DNA of 64,000 nucleotides from Octopus sinensis (lineage: Eukaryota). The stretch covers positions 37,324,001-37,388,000 of the forward strand of contig NC_043015.1 of assembly GCF_006345805.1 (NCBI RefSeq), written 5' to 3'. A program made the position numbers and the translations under genes. Under the pieces are notes generated by a model. That model did not search any database. It saw only the letters and a program-made list of their open reading frames with translations, and was not told where the DNA came from. This document shows, one piece after another, positions 41,011 through 55,539 of the stretch (position 1 is the stretch's first letter; the number at the start of each line of letters is the position of its first letter).

Positions 41011-42268
41011 AGAAATTCCCATCATGGGTAGTACCGTCCTCAAGATGACGATAGAAATCACAAAGGCAGCGTTACAATTTAAGGGGGCGGTCTGGCTTGA
41101 TAAATTAACATAATTAACATAATCTATTAGTAATCATTATACATGATAATGCTATTAATGGCTATAAAATACAAGCAGCAAGCACCGGGACGTTATTAAC
41201 ATGCAATGCATAAACTAAATGTAAATATTTTGTCTTTATTAATCTATAATCATTTCACTGCTACAAGTTCACACAAATCCTTTTTAAGAGTTAAAATATA
41301 TTATCATAAATTACATTACTTTAGTCGTGTTAACACACTTCCTACTTATGTGTGCAAGGGACATAAGTTTTTAAATGGTGGTTGAGGCTTCCAAAAATAC
41401 AAATAACAATTAAGACCCACTGATTTGATGAAACTTTAAGCAAGAAAGACAACCTGGAAACGGAACGTTAAAAATAGGTCTCATCACACAACGGTAATTT
41501 TGGTGATATTTCTTCGATGAGTACTTATTTTGCCGCGGATCTGTCCGTCTGTGTCTGAGTGTTTTTAGATCTTTCTTTTCTATTTTAGTGGGGTTTTGGC
41601 GCCAATTTCCTTCTCAAGAACATGCAATGTACTTCCTATATCGGAGGCTGTCCTAATGCTATCGACCTTACACTGAGATTACAAATCAAAAGCTAACGAA
41701 TCACTTTATAATTCAAAAACCTCGTCACACCGGTAATTAACTGTGAATGCGACTCTAAAACGAGAATGTTGGAAACAGCAGACGAATCCTTCGAAAATTA
41801 TGTTTCATTTGGTCTCCTCACTAATACTGTCTTAATAATGAATGAAAAGCTAGAAAAACAAAATCGCTGGAGAGGATTGGATGGCCGTCGACGAAAGGTT
41901 TAATTAAATAGATTTGAACAGGAGATCGGCAACTCGCTGTGGCGTCGCTGCTGATATCTGCGTAAACTGGAATTTTTCCATTTAATTATCTTGATTAGTT
42001 AATTAGCTAACATTATATCGTTGTTCCACTGCTGAGTTAAGATGTATTCTACCCCATTTGCATTTAAATGGAATTCAATGAAAATTATTATTGTGAATTA
42101 TCATAAATATTTGCATAAATCACCATAATGTATTGCGTCAGATGTATCGATGAATCAAAGATATTTTATTCCAGTGTTAATGTTATATTTATTAAAATGT
42201 TTAACTCAAGAAAATATCACTGCAAATATTTTATATTCTCTCTCGGAAATGATGCGTTCAAATTATAT

Positions 42269-42317
<49 letters not shown>

Positions 42318-42497
42318 GTGCGTGCCGTCACTAATTACTGGCGAGATTTATGTAGTAAAACGCAAAAAAAGAAAACTGAGTTGAAAGCAAATTTACTTCT
42401 GCCTTTATGATACGTAAAGAAAACGGTGTTGTAGGATTGTACGCAGCATGTGTACTACAGCAGCACTATGTGTAGCTTTAATACTGAGATTGAAAAG

Positions 42498-42691
42498 CAG
42501 GGGCGCACCATGCCTACCTAATCTACATAAAACAAATAAAATATCTTGTATTTTATGCATAGTAATCAGATTAACCTCCATAATTTTGTTGAATTCGGTG
42601 CATATTTGGCCATAAAAGGAAAATGCCGCTATCGATATATTTTGTTTAAGGTAGGCACTGCCTACCTTGCCTAGCTAGACGACACGTCCCT
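42498..42691. mobile_element. Possible hAT-like MITE with imperfect TIRs
   Basis: The left end reads CAGGGGCG..TGCCTACCT and the right end reverse-complements to AGGGACG..TGCCTACCT. An internal perfect hairpin AGGTAGGCA-C-TGCCTACCT is present. No TSD was confirmed. Confidence 0.45.
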
Positions 42692-43290
42692 TATTTATAT
42701 ATATACAAGTATATACAGAACACGCTTTTCAGGATTCGAAAGACACGGGTGTGTTATTAGTAAAGACACCCAGGTAGAGTCGGGTAGACCGCACCTGTGT
42801 ACGGACAATGTATACTAATATATAGCTACTTAGTAAAGTAAATACTGTTTTATCCTTCCAGTTATGCCTACATTCACAAGTAAATTACTGAATACACAGC
42901 GTGGACTTAAAAACATAATCTGGTACTCTACCTGTACGTATTCCATCATCGACAATAGTCTCCTGATTCAAACCTATGGAAGTCTCTGAATAAATAACAT
43001 AGATGGGTTGCAGTTCACGACAGCTGTTTCAGACGCGTTCTTTACTGATGAACGAAAATGATCTCCTTAGTCCTTGCCTGTACTCACCTGATGAAAGCGT
43101 ATTTTTGTCATGATGTACAACTTCTCTTCATAAATTAAGAAAAAGTGTGAAACATTTGTGGGGAAATGCCATCGATTTGTTTACTTATATTAATATATAC
43201 ATATGTGCGTGTGTTTGTGTATATATATATATATATGTTTGTATGTGCCTGTCTGTGTGTGGGTGTGTATGTATTATCATATATATATAC

Positions 43291-43371
<81 letters not shown>

Positions 43372-43830
43372 GGTTTTGAGATGATGTAGAGGTATTATAT
43401 ATTAGAAGAAATGAGGTACTCTGAATTCTGGATGGTTTTATATTTACAGATAGTTATTAGTATGTTACATGTTTTTATACATCATAAATCATATAATAGC
43501 GCTTTCTTCTAGTTGTGAAATTGAACTTTTGCAGGAATTTTCTCTCTTTTTATAGTATTATTGAGTGTGTAGGTGTGGGGAGAGGTATAGGATAGGACTA
43601 TCTTATTTCTGAGTACCTCATTTTTTCTTATATATATATATTGGCTATGGTAGATGAGTTCAGCAAAGAATTAGAATCAGATGAATGTGGAACTTATGTT
43701 GAGGCAGCAGAATTTAGTACGGTATTATCCATACAATTTTAAAGTAAGGTGATTAAAATCAAAATAAGCAACAAGGATATCCAGGTGTACCTCTGGACAT
43801 CCTTGTTGCTTATTTTGATTATATATATAT

Positions 43831-43872
<42 letters not shown>

Positions 43873-44737
43873 AGCACACACACATACACTCACAAACACA
43901 CAAATAAAAACGACGCAACTCGAACAACGGACAGAGTCAAAAACTATTGAAAAGTTTGCATGACGAAAATGTTAGTAAAAATAAATAAGTGTATGAGTGG
44001 AAACTTTACCGGTGAGTGTGGTAAATTATAAGGCAGTAAAAGAGAATGACTCTCCACAGACACGACAGAATATGCTTCAACATACGAACTCACATAAAAA
44101 ATCTTGCAAACCAAATCCAAAAACGATATATATGTATATATATATATAATTACAAAATACACTTATATAGATATGCACTCGCACATAGTACACACACATA
44201 CGCACACACACATGCTTACATACACACATATACATATATATTAGTCTGGTCAGATTTATCGAAAACGACCATAATTTGCTTTCTTCGATATATCCATTTA
44301 GTTTCTCTCTCAATTATAGACAAAGCACTGGAATCTGAAATAGTTCTGCAAAATCTGTAGAGAATTGGTACCAAATTGCCAAGTGCACGTTTATTGTTAA
44401 TGCTACAGAAAGAAACTCAAGAGGTAACGGAGTTCTATTATGATTATATCGTATAAACTGTCGTCTGTAGATATCAACGAACCTAAAGAAAAAAAAAAGA
44501 TGTAAATACGTACGTATGCATATATGTGTGTATGTGAATGTATTTGTGCATATCTGTCTGCATTCACACAACCAAGTAGACGCACACACATATTTATATA
44601 CATATGTACATATATAGATTTGTAATTGCATATATATATATATATATCTATATAGACATATAAATGTAGTTATGTATATATGGTTAAACATCTATGTATG
44701 TATGTATATGTATATATACACATATATATATGCATAT

Positions 44738-44822
<85 letters not shown>

Positions 44823-44825
44823 GCA

Positions 44826-45030
44826 CAGGCGTTGGACAAAATAATGGAAACACATACCATCATAAGTTTGAATTCTCTATAAAACCGTCCAAAGTTTGCT
44901 TATTTATATGTTTTTATTTTGTTTTATCAAGATTGTTGCTTAATATGACTTGCTAAAACTGCTTTGCTAAATTGCCATTTCTTTTCAGGTTTCATTAGAA
45001 AAATGTAATTAACATCATTAAAATGACAGA
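44826..45030 (+). mobile_element. Tc1-like transposon end
   Basis: CAGGCGTTGGACAAAATAATGGAAAC resembles Tc1-type TIRs and abuts a (TA)n tract. The partner TIR was not found. Confidence 0.5.
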
Positions 45031-45041
45031 TCTATCGTACT

Positions 45042-45065
45042 TTCATACGAGCAATAACAAGCACG

Positions 45066-45146
<81 letters not shown>

Positions 45147-45147
45147 G
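45042..45147. repeat. (TAGA)n array with the same 24-nt flank as 25157
   Basis: TTCATACGAGCAATAACAAGCACG at 45042-45065 followed by (TAGA)n. Confidence 0.9.
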
Positions 45148-45554
45148 GTTAGATATACATATACAAATATTTATGTATTTGATTTGCCAGATTCATCATG
45201 TGAAATCATGATTTGAAAAGTTATTGTAATATTTTGGGACGGTCATTTGTCTCTTTTGGCAACTAAACTCACGCACTATCTACTCGTTCTTCACTTCAAC
45301 TTTATTATCGTCCATATTTTAATGTCGTTTATTTGAAATCTTCCGACACACATCCTGTGAGCTATTTAACGACTCTCCATACTCCGTGCCTCAGACACAA
45401 TACGTATGTGTGCGTGTATTTGTGTGTGTGTGTGTGCGTGTATACGTATGTGTGCGTGTATACGTGCATATATGTATAGATACGCATATATATCATATAT
45501 ACATAAATATATTTGTGTATGTGTGTATAATATACATATATATATAATATGTAC

Positions 45555-45602
<48 letters not shown>

Positions 45603-45721
45603 ATATATATATATATACACATATATATATATTTAATAGATACATGCATATATGTATTTCCATAGATTAATATAAAGACATAAACTCAGGTTTAAACACT
45701 CACACAAACATACGCACACGC

Positions 45722-45765
<44 letters not shown>

Positions 45766-46872
45766 ATGTATACATACACACGAACACACATACTTCACTT
45801 TCAATGTGACAGTAAATACTCGTCAATTGCAAGTGACCAAAATATCGAGTTAGTTTATAGCTTAAATTATTATCTGTCCGAAACGACCGTAATAAATTTG
45901 TATTACACCACATCGAATTTAGAGATTTGAAGCAGTAACCATTTTATATTAATGTCTTATATTTTTATTACGTTTTGCGTCGCCGATGCTTCCACCCCCG
46001 CACCCGAGCATCGCATCAAGCACCTCTTACTCCATTAAAGTCATTCGGAAAAATCTGCGGAATATATGTGGGTGCGTCGCGGTACTTGACATTTTCCGTC
46101 TGTGAATTGTAACTTGCATTGATATCAAGACACTTCAGCTGTTAATATTTGTGTGGAAGTGTAAGTATGAGCTGTCGTGTTGGAGGTTTCTATATGCATA
46201 AAAACACACACATATATATATATATGCGTGCGTGTGTCTGAATGTATGTATCGAAGTAGCTTTCTTTGTATAGGAAGCATCTGTGTATAGGATTGTACGT
46301 ATGCGGTGAAGAATTTGATAACATTCAGTTATTCACATTTTAGCTTTTCATCTAATTGATTTATATTTCTGTTTAAATTTTATTATCATATACGTTTATT
46401 CGATTTCTTTGTTCCAGGGAAATGAAGAGAAAAAGCATTAGCGCACACACACTCACACATATATATGTGCATGTATGTGTGTGCATGTATGTAAATGAGC
46501 ATGTGAATCTGTGTCTGTGTGTATGTGTGTGTTGAAAATATAGATAATATTAATATTATCTAAATATACAGTAAATTAAATACACTTCCTTCATAATAAA
46601 GACGAAATGCAATCATACACACGCTCACACTTGCATCAATGTGAGCGCAGGCATTCGTGCAGAGATGTGTAAACACCTATACATGCACGACAGTATATGT
46701 GTGTACGTATGTATATGCTTATGTGTTCATATGTGTATCTGTGTGTGCCTGTGTATGTCTGTGTATGTTGTGTGTGAATGTGCATGTGTATAGATAGATA
46801 TAGACATAGATATATAGATACATATGTATACATTTGTGTTTGTGTGTATGCGTATATATATAGATATATATA

Positions 46873-46917
<45 letters not shown>

Positions 46918-47164
46918 TGTTGTTGATTCATGTAGTCGAATAGTTTGTATGGGTTTAAATGCATGCTAAAAGGTCTATACGCGAAAATAATGTTATCAAT
47001 ACATTTTATATATATATATATACATAAATATATATACATAGAATATGTGTGTAATATATATATATCTATATAATATATATATGTATATATATATATATAT
47101 TATGTATATATATATATAGTAATCTATAGCCATATATACTATATATATATATATATATATATAG

Positions 47165-49764
47165 CCGACAGCCAACAGTTCACCAAACCCAGGAGCAGAA
47201 CACACCAGCAACGTCCTAATTCCAGGCATAACCATACCATCTCTCCCCCGGTCCAGTCCCTTACAGCCTCACAGACAGTTCATACAAACAAATGTGCAAC
47301 CAGTATTTTTCAGCCCCGGACCAGAGACACCAGGACACAGGTTGGAACCTGGTGATCAGGAAAAACCGAAGATAACTACTCACCTAAACCTCTTTCAAAC
47401 ATAAAAGTAGACATCCTCCCAAAAGGGCTAACATTCACCCCAACTCAACGCAGAGCCAACCAAACTGAAGTGGAGGACAGTATAATAGAATTCAATAGCA
47501 AATTAAGACTCACAGAAGCATCAACCAATTTCAATACTGAAGATGACTCACTAGTCAAAAACAAAAGTGAACACCCCCCCACCACCACAAAGCAAGAAGT
47601 ATAAATCTTGAAGAATTCTGCAACAACATCGAGAACTTTCCCTACCACCCCATGCATAAACAGACAGTTAGCTCAAACTTCAGCACTACACAACGGAAGG
47701 AACTGACGCAACTTCAAAGTGATGAAGATATAACGATTAAGGAAGCAGATAAAGGAAGTGCAGTGGTAGTAATGGACACTTTATACTACAGAAATCTAGT
47801 AATCTCCATGCTGAATGAAAGTCAACTTAACTAAAAAAATTACACGCTACACCCCGCGAAGAATAATGAAAACTGTGCCCTCAATAATCAAAACCCACGG
47901 AAAAGAACAGACAACCAAAGAAATAGACTTTTTAACAAAGTTTAAACGTATACATCATAATTATGGGCTAGAGACAATTCAGTTCAGGCTAGACCAATAT
48001 CAGGGAGAAATAGCGGAAAGGATCGGAAAAGAATTCATAATTGAATCGGTTGAATTCCTCATACGAAACAACCATTTCATGTTCGATGACACTTTTTATC
48101 GACATGAATCCGGAATTGCCATAGGCACTAGGGCAGCCCCGGTCATTGCGAACCTAACAATGGGCTATCTGGAAATAACAATATACCAGAAATCTTTATG
48201 TACCTTTGGAAACCCTCTTTCCCAATACATAAAAGTAAATTGGAAAAGATTCCTTGACAGCTGCTTCATCCTCTGGAATGAAAACACAGACAAACGCCTG
48301 GAACTCAAAAGAATATTGAAGAGCGTCAACCCAAACATACGCTTCACAATGGAATACAGCCAAAAGGAGCGTCCATTCTTGGATATACTAATTAAGAAAA
48401 TAAAGCTAAAAATAGAAACGGACATATTTTACTAAACCACAGACGCCAAACAATATCTACTTTTTGATTCATGCCACCCAAGACACACCAAAACAAACAT
48501 CCCCTTCAACCTTGCATGAAGGATATGTATAATAGTGTCTGAAAAAGATAGCAGAGTCTTTAGACTGCAATAACTCTAAACACTCTCATTGACAGGCATT
48601 ACTCAGTTCAACTCATAGAGGATGGAATCAGACGTGCAACAGAAATCGACATAGAAACCTTAAGAAAAGTTCAACACAGCACCACACCTTTCCCGAAAAT
48701 ACTGCTGTACATATCCGCATACAACCCCAGAAACGAAGAAGCGTTCACTATCATCACCCAAAATTTTTTAAATGCTACATAAGGACCACACATTATAGGA
48801 AATTTTACACACACATAAGAACATTAAAAGCCACAAACAACCGAACTCACTTAAAAAGTCCTCGCAAAGGCAAAGTTATTTTCTAAAATAACGGAGACAA
48901 AGTGAAATAATGTGGTCGACCAAATTGTGCAACATGCCCAAACTTTCTAGAAGGATCAGAATTCCTTTTGAAAAAGGGACAAAAACTCAAAATCAAATCT
49001 GACTTGTGCTTCAGAAAACCTGATTTATGTTATAAAATGCTCGGGCTGCCACCAAAACGACATAGGGTCCACGGCATTATCGCTCAGACGCAGATGCACT
49101 CTGCATCGACAACAGACTGTATTACCAGAATAGAGAATGCTATCCTTTAGTGAACACATTGAGAGATGCGCAGAGCAACTGCTAGCACAATTTGTTAATT
49201 TTTCCATTTCATCAACGTGTCATTGGAACACCAACAAAAGTTAGATTACGTAGAGAAACCTACCTTATTGAAAAATATAAGCCAAAACTTAACCATTTCT
49301 AGCATTTTTAAATAAGGAAACTTAGCTCATGGAAAAAATATAACATTCTATTCTATCAAAACCAAATCATGTTAAAGGAATAAAACCTAATCCTTGATTA
49401 TCTCCCTTATACCCAAAACATCCCCGATTACTTCCCCCTATCTGGAACTCTCCTACTTCACGTCATAGCGAAGAGATGACACAATATCGGTAAAGAAATT
49501 TCATAAGTTTGAAAATACGAAACGGAGTTTTTCACCAAAAACAATGTCTCTACACACAAAATTTTATAACATTTTTCTAACATGATGATTTAAATACATT
49601 TTCTAACGATATAACACAGGTTTTCTGTAGTTTTTCACCCTATCTTTTTCTTTTATAGATCCAACCACGTGCGTTAACATACCAACTCTCTCACCCATTC
49701 TATATATTATGTATATATATATTCATGCATATATATATACACACACATGTATTATTCTCTGTTC

Positions 49765-49807
<43 letters not shown>

Positions 49808-49900
49808 TATATATATATATCATCGCTCTTCCAATACATGTATCAAACTGAAAATGATGGAAGAGGTTACGAAATAAATATTTAATTATTTTCGTATCAT
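47165..49900 (+). mobile_element. Penelope-like element, decayed and internally deleted (RT plus GIY-YIG remnants)
   Basis: N-terminal motifs ILPKGLTFTPT..EFNSKLRL (~47410-47510) and ITIKEADKGSAVVVMD (47652-47834). RT motifs NNHFMFDDTFYRHESGIAIGTRAAPVIANL, WKRFLDSCFILW and NPNIRFTME..PFLDI. Downstream SCHPRHTKTNIPFNLA, CGRPNCATC and LIYVIKCSGC...IGST (GIY-YIG). There are many stops and frameshifts, and RT motifs 1-3 appear deleted near 47945. Confidence 0.92.
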
Positions 49901-51182
49901 CGGGAGAGGACAGGTGGAATTAATATATCAAGAAAGATTTCGAAAAACGTCGCTTGCATCAACAGCTCTGGTGTCAGTAGCAGTGAATCTTCAGACACCA
50001 TTGACAAACAGTATTTGCTACTCTATGTATGCAAAATCTGTATGCTATAATCAGCTTCACCTTTAGTCTATGTAGATCTTAGGCAACACTGTACGCAGTC
50101 GGCAGATATAAACTTCACCTTTGAATGATAGCTTTAAAACTACTACTCCACCTTAGGCGACTACAAAATATACGAGATATTTAGTTTGTTTTGCAAGAAA
50201 TTTTATTTGAAACTGCAGGTTGTTGCCGATATTCTTATATTTAAGAATATTCATAATGATTCAAGACTACATAAATGTTCACTGGTTATTCGCATACCCA
50301 TATATTCCTTTTACTAAAAACAGTTGACAATTGATTATGTCTCCTAAAGTGTTTTTCGCTACATCAATGGCTTTCTCTGTAGGTGGACATCTTTTAGGTT
50401 TTGCTCTGTTGTTGTGGGTTATTCATCTCTCATTAACTATTATCTCCTGATCCGTTGTTGAGAAGTAACGAAACCGAATTCTGCTGGAACTGTACCACGA
50501 TAGGAAGAACCATTGCGTTGTTTACTTGATTCTATTTTAAATAATTTTGTTTGTTTTTTTCAGTTCATCTCTATAGGTTTTCTATAGAATTCGTAGAATT
50601 CAAAGCCGGCAGGGAAATTTACGACGTTTCGTATAAGAATACGTCTACGTAAACAATGAACTCGAATATAAGAAAACTAGGTAATGAGTGTAGATGCATA
50701 TCTCAGGGGCCATTGCTCTTCCCCCATCATCTCATCCAACCCATCAACTATCCACGAAAGCATCGCCTGAATATCCACTACGTTTAGCGGTGGAACAGAA
50801 CTGGGAAGACGGATTTACATATTAAACATATTCCTGACAATTGGCAAATATCAGTTGCTAACAAGGCCATAGTATTTCGTTTTACAACCATAGTATACGA
50901 CCTAGTATTTGAATTCATTGTTGTGGCTTACCTTTCTGTGAGTAATTGCGATGTTATCATTCTAAGGTTTATATATTTTTTTATTTTACCTTCAATAGGA
51001 TTCCTTTCATAGATATATCAGTATGTGAAACAACTGAAGTGCAAGTATTGACACCGAGATCTTACGTGAATACTATGAACTTTTTACCCCCTTACCTTAC
51101 GTAGTTCTTTCGTCTTAATAGCGGTCAGTAACACAGTAATTTCCGTTCGTATAACGGTCACTTTTCATAGCATTTTTTCCGA

Positions 51183-51256
51183 TGGCTGGATAACTGAAGA
51201 GATGACTACGTGAACTTCCTCCTCGGCATCCGAAACCCGGAGTTTTATCTTGGCTA
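51183..51256 (+). ncRNA. Minimal type I hammerhead ribozyme motif (one-nt irregularity in stem II)
   Basis: Stem I GAUAA (51189-93) pairs with UUAUC (51245-49), extendable with G-U pairs. Core CUGAAGA is at 51194-200. Stem II GAUG/CAUC has an extra C at 51231. GAAA is at 51232-35, followed by C-CCGGA-G and GUU ending at 51244. Confidence 0.55.
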
Positions 51257-51265
51257 ACGAATAAT

Positions 51266-52382
<1,117 letters not shown>

Positions 52383-52386
<4 letters not shown>

Positions 52387-52680
52387 AGGCGCACTTGCCC
52401 AGTGGTTAGGGCAGCGGAATCGCGGTCGTAGGTTCGCGGCTTCGATTCTCAGACCGGGCGTTGTGAGTGTTTATTGAGCGAAAACACCTAAAGCTCCACA
52501 AGGCTTCGACAGGGGGTGGTGGCGATCCCTGTTGTACTCTTTTGCTGCAACTTTCTCTCATTCTTTCTTCTGTTGGCCAGCTCGCTTAGCCAGCGGGGTG
52601 GCGTCATTTGAAGGCTAAAACAATGTGAAGCGCATTGTGACCAGCGATGTGTAGCAACATCTGATGGCCTGGTCGGTCAC
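52383..52680 (+). mobile_element. Family-3 tRNA-SINE
   Basis: GTGGAGGCGCACTTGCCCAGTGGTTAGGGCAG...TTCGATTCTCAGACCGGG; homologous to 30713-30905. Confidence 0.85.
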
Positions 52681-53555
52681 ATGATGATGATGATGATATA
52701 TATATATATATAAGTATATATATACATATATATATAGACATTTTAAAGCGCTTTGATGAATGGATTCATTTCCTTTTAGGACACATATTATTTTGCGGCT
52801 TCGCACAAATGTGGGCGCTGATTCTTTCTATTGAAATTATAAGATTAGTGAGCAGGTAGGAACGATAAAGAGAAGGATAACTTCGATCTTGGCAACATTT
52901 GTAGAATTTGAACGATAATTATTTGTAGATAACTTGCTAAATAAATTCGTTTGGGGATATATGTTCAACCTTAGATAAACATTTAAGACAAATACTTTTT
53001 ATGAAACATATAAATAATAAAAATATATTTTCCAGATTTATCTTTGGCATTTTTCTCAACTTCCTGTGCGGTGTCAATGGTAAAGTTAAAGTAAGCTTCC
53101 TTTGGACACCGGATATCGTCTGCATTGATATCGACGGATGTTGTCTGCACAAACTACAATGGATATCGGTTATTTTGCCTAAATAAGTATTCAACGTGGC
53201 TAGAGTTCCTATATATTCGCCAGACATAATGAAACAGAATTCTGTTTAAACGTATACATTATTTATTATAAAAGAGAATCTAAGATTTCCTATGTCAAAA
53301 GGAAATTGCCAGCGTTTAAACAATTGACACACGTTTATATTTCATCAAGGGATTTCAGAGACAGGAAATACATACGAGTATGTGTGCAGGTGTAATAAGC
53401 ACACACGCACTACACATGCACGCACGCACGCACACACACATCCCACACACACATACACACACACGCCCGCATACAGACATATAAATACATACATACACAT
53501 ACACATACATACATGCATACATATATACATATACATACATAAATATATATATGTT

Positions 53556-53638
<83 letters not shown>

Positions 53639-53799
53639 TATAAACAACACATGATCACGATATCTTGGGGTAGAAAAATATGTAAGACCATATTAAGATT
53701 TAAAGTCACACTTTCCTTCCTAAACTTGTTCCTAAGTCGGTGGCTGGTCAAAATTTGCTCTAAATTAAGAGAAAGAGAAGACATATATACACACATACA

Positions 53800-54130
53800 T
53801 GGGAGCACTCCGTCGGTTACGACGACGAGGGTCCCAGGTGATACGATCAACGGAACAGCTTTGCTAGTGAAAGTAACGTGCAAGTGGCTTTGCAATCCAC
53901 AAACACGTGGTGTACCCCCAACGTAGTTCTCGGGGGAGATTCAGCGTGACAAAGAGTGTGACAAGGCCGGCCCTTTGAAATACAGGTACAACTCATCTTT
54001 GCCAGCTGAGTGGACTGGAGCAACGTGAAATAAAGTGTCTTGCTCAAGGACACAACATGCTGCTGGGAATTGAACTCATGACCTTACAATCGTGAGCCGA
54101 ATGACCTAACCACTAAACCATGTACCTTCA
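53800..54130 (-). mobile_element. Full-length CORE-type tRNA-SINE
   Basis: On the minus strand: A box TGGTTTAGTGG, B box GAGTTCAATTCCC, then GTGTCCTTGAGCAAGACACTTTA, which resembles the CORE domain (GTGACCTTGGGCAAGTCACTT). Confidence 0.85.
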
Positions 54131-54182
54131 CACATACATACATACATACATACATACATACATACATCCATACATACATACA

Positions 54183-54216
<34 letters not shown>

Positions 54217-55305
54217 CATACATACATACATGGTGAGTCCTCCACCTTCACGGATGATTGCGGTGTCTTTGTACTTCGTCCTTATCTCTAGCAAATTTGA
54301 TTTTCCGTCCACGAATGCTCGTATGAGTATTCCGTCAAGATGCATATCTGTATGGTTTTTGCAGATTTGACAAATGGAATTTATAACTTACTTTGCGTTT
54401 CCAAAGGTTTAGGTCGGCACAGATCACCAATTTCGTATCGCCATAGACATTCTTGTGGATGAAATGACAAACGCGGTCACAACAGAGACACGTTTGCACG
54501 TCATTGAAATATAGTGATAAGCACGTGACCAACGAGTACGACTCTTCTGCTCAGCACCTAGTGATAGGCCGAAACGGGATGACCAGCAATCACGTGAAAA
54601 CTTAGGATATCACATTAGTGTTCCCCTTCTAGAAGAATACTGTGAAAAAGGCTAGAGTTTCTTCACTCCTGGTGGTTTTGCTGTGCTTATTCACACCAAC
54701 CAAGGGTATTTCTGCGTCACTACAGTTAGATGGATTTCATCACACATCTCGATTAACGTCTCGCTGTAAATCTAACAGTAGCTACGATTCCGAGTCAGGT
54801 GAGACCTAGAGAACAATGGTGACGAAGATGTTGATCCACTTACCTTAAAAACCTGCAACTCCCGAACCAAAGACCCCCATCCAACCCCACCACATGCAGT
54901 TGAAAACCATACACATGACATAGATCGATTGATAGAGAAATAGATATCGATATGTGCACATATGCATACATGCATGCGTTTATACATACATACATGCATG
55001 CATGCGTTCATACATACATACATATGTACGTACGTACGTACATATATACGTACATGGTTACATAATATGTACATATATACCTACATGGTTACATAATATG
55101 TACACAAACATCAATGCAAAGAATACTGTTGGAAGATTCCCATCAAAACATCTGGCATATGTAAACACATGAAGACGGATTTTGTTATTTGGAATGGAGA
55201 AAATGTGAATGTACCTTGACAGAGATCAGCTGATATGAATATCTCTTGGAAATGAAATGGAAAGAGCATAACTATGGACAACTGATTCGAAATCTTCAGA
55301 TTATA

Positions 55306-55539
55306 CAGCAGGGTCCAAAAGTAGGCTTACAGTTCTCCCGTACGCACTTAAAATTTCTTTTAGAACATCTTCTTACATTTAAATTTCTGTCTTACAAATT
55401 GAAAAGGGGGCTTGACAAAATTAACTAAATTAGCTTAGGATAATTGTTTCATATATTTTATAATTAAGACCTAAACTGCTAATATATGAATGCGAAAGAG
55501 ATTGTGGAATAACTGTAAACCTACCTCTGGGCCACCCTG
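55306..55539. mobile_element. Tc1/mariner-type MITE, 234 bp, flanked by TA
   Basis: Left end TA|CAGCAGGGTCCAAAAGTAGGCTTACAGTT versus right-end reverse complement TA|CAGGGTGGCCCAGAGGTAGGTTTACAGTT. Confidence 0.7.

Noticed and set aside
47815-48435. 206-aa ORF with RT similarity as a functional gene
   Set aside because: It is part of a decayed PLE: the catalytic DD reads DS, upstream RT motifs are deleted, and the flanks are full of stops and frameshifts.
54388-54447. 60-nt minus-strand AG..GTAAGT segment (NVYGDTKLVICADLNLWKRK or CLWRYEIGDLCRPKPLETQ)
   Set aside because: No homology was recognised, and the adjacent sequence may be TE-derived; there is not enough support.
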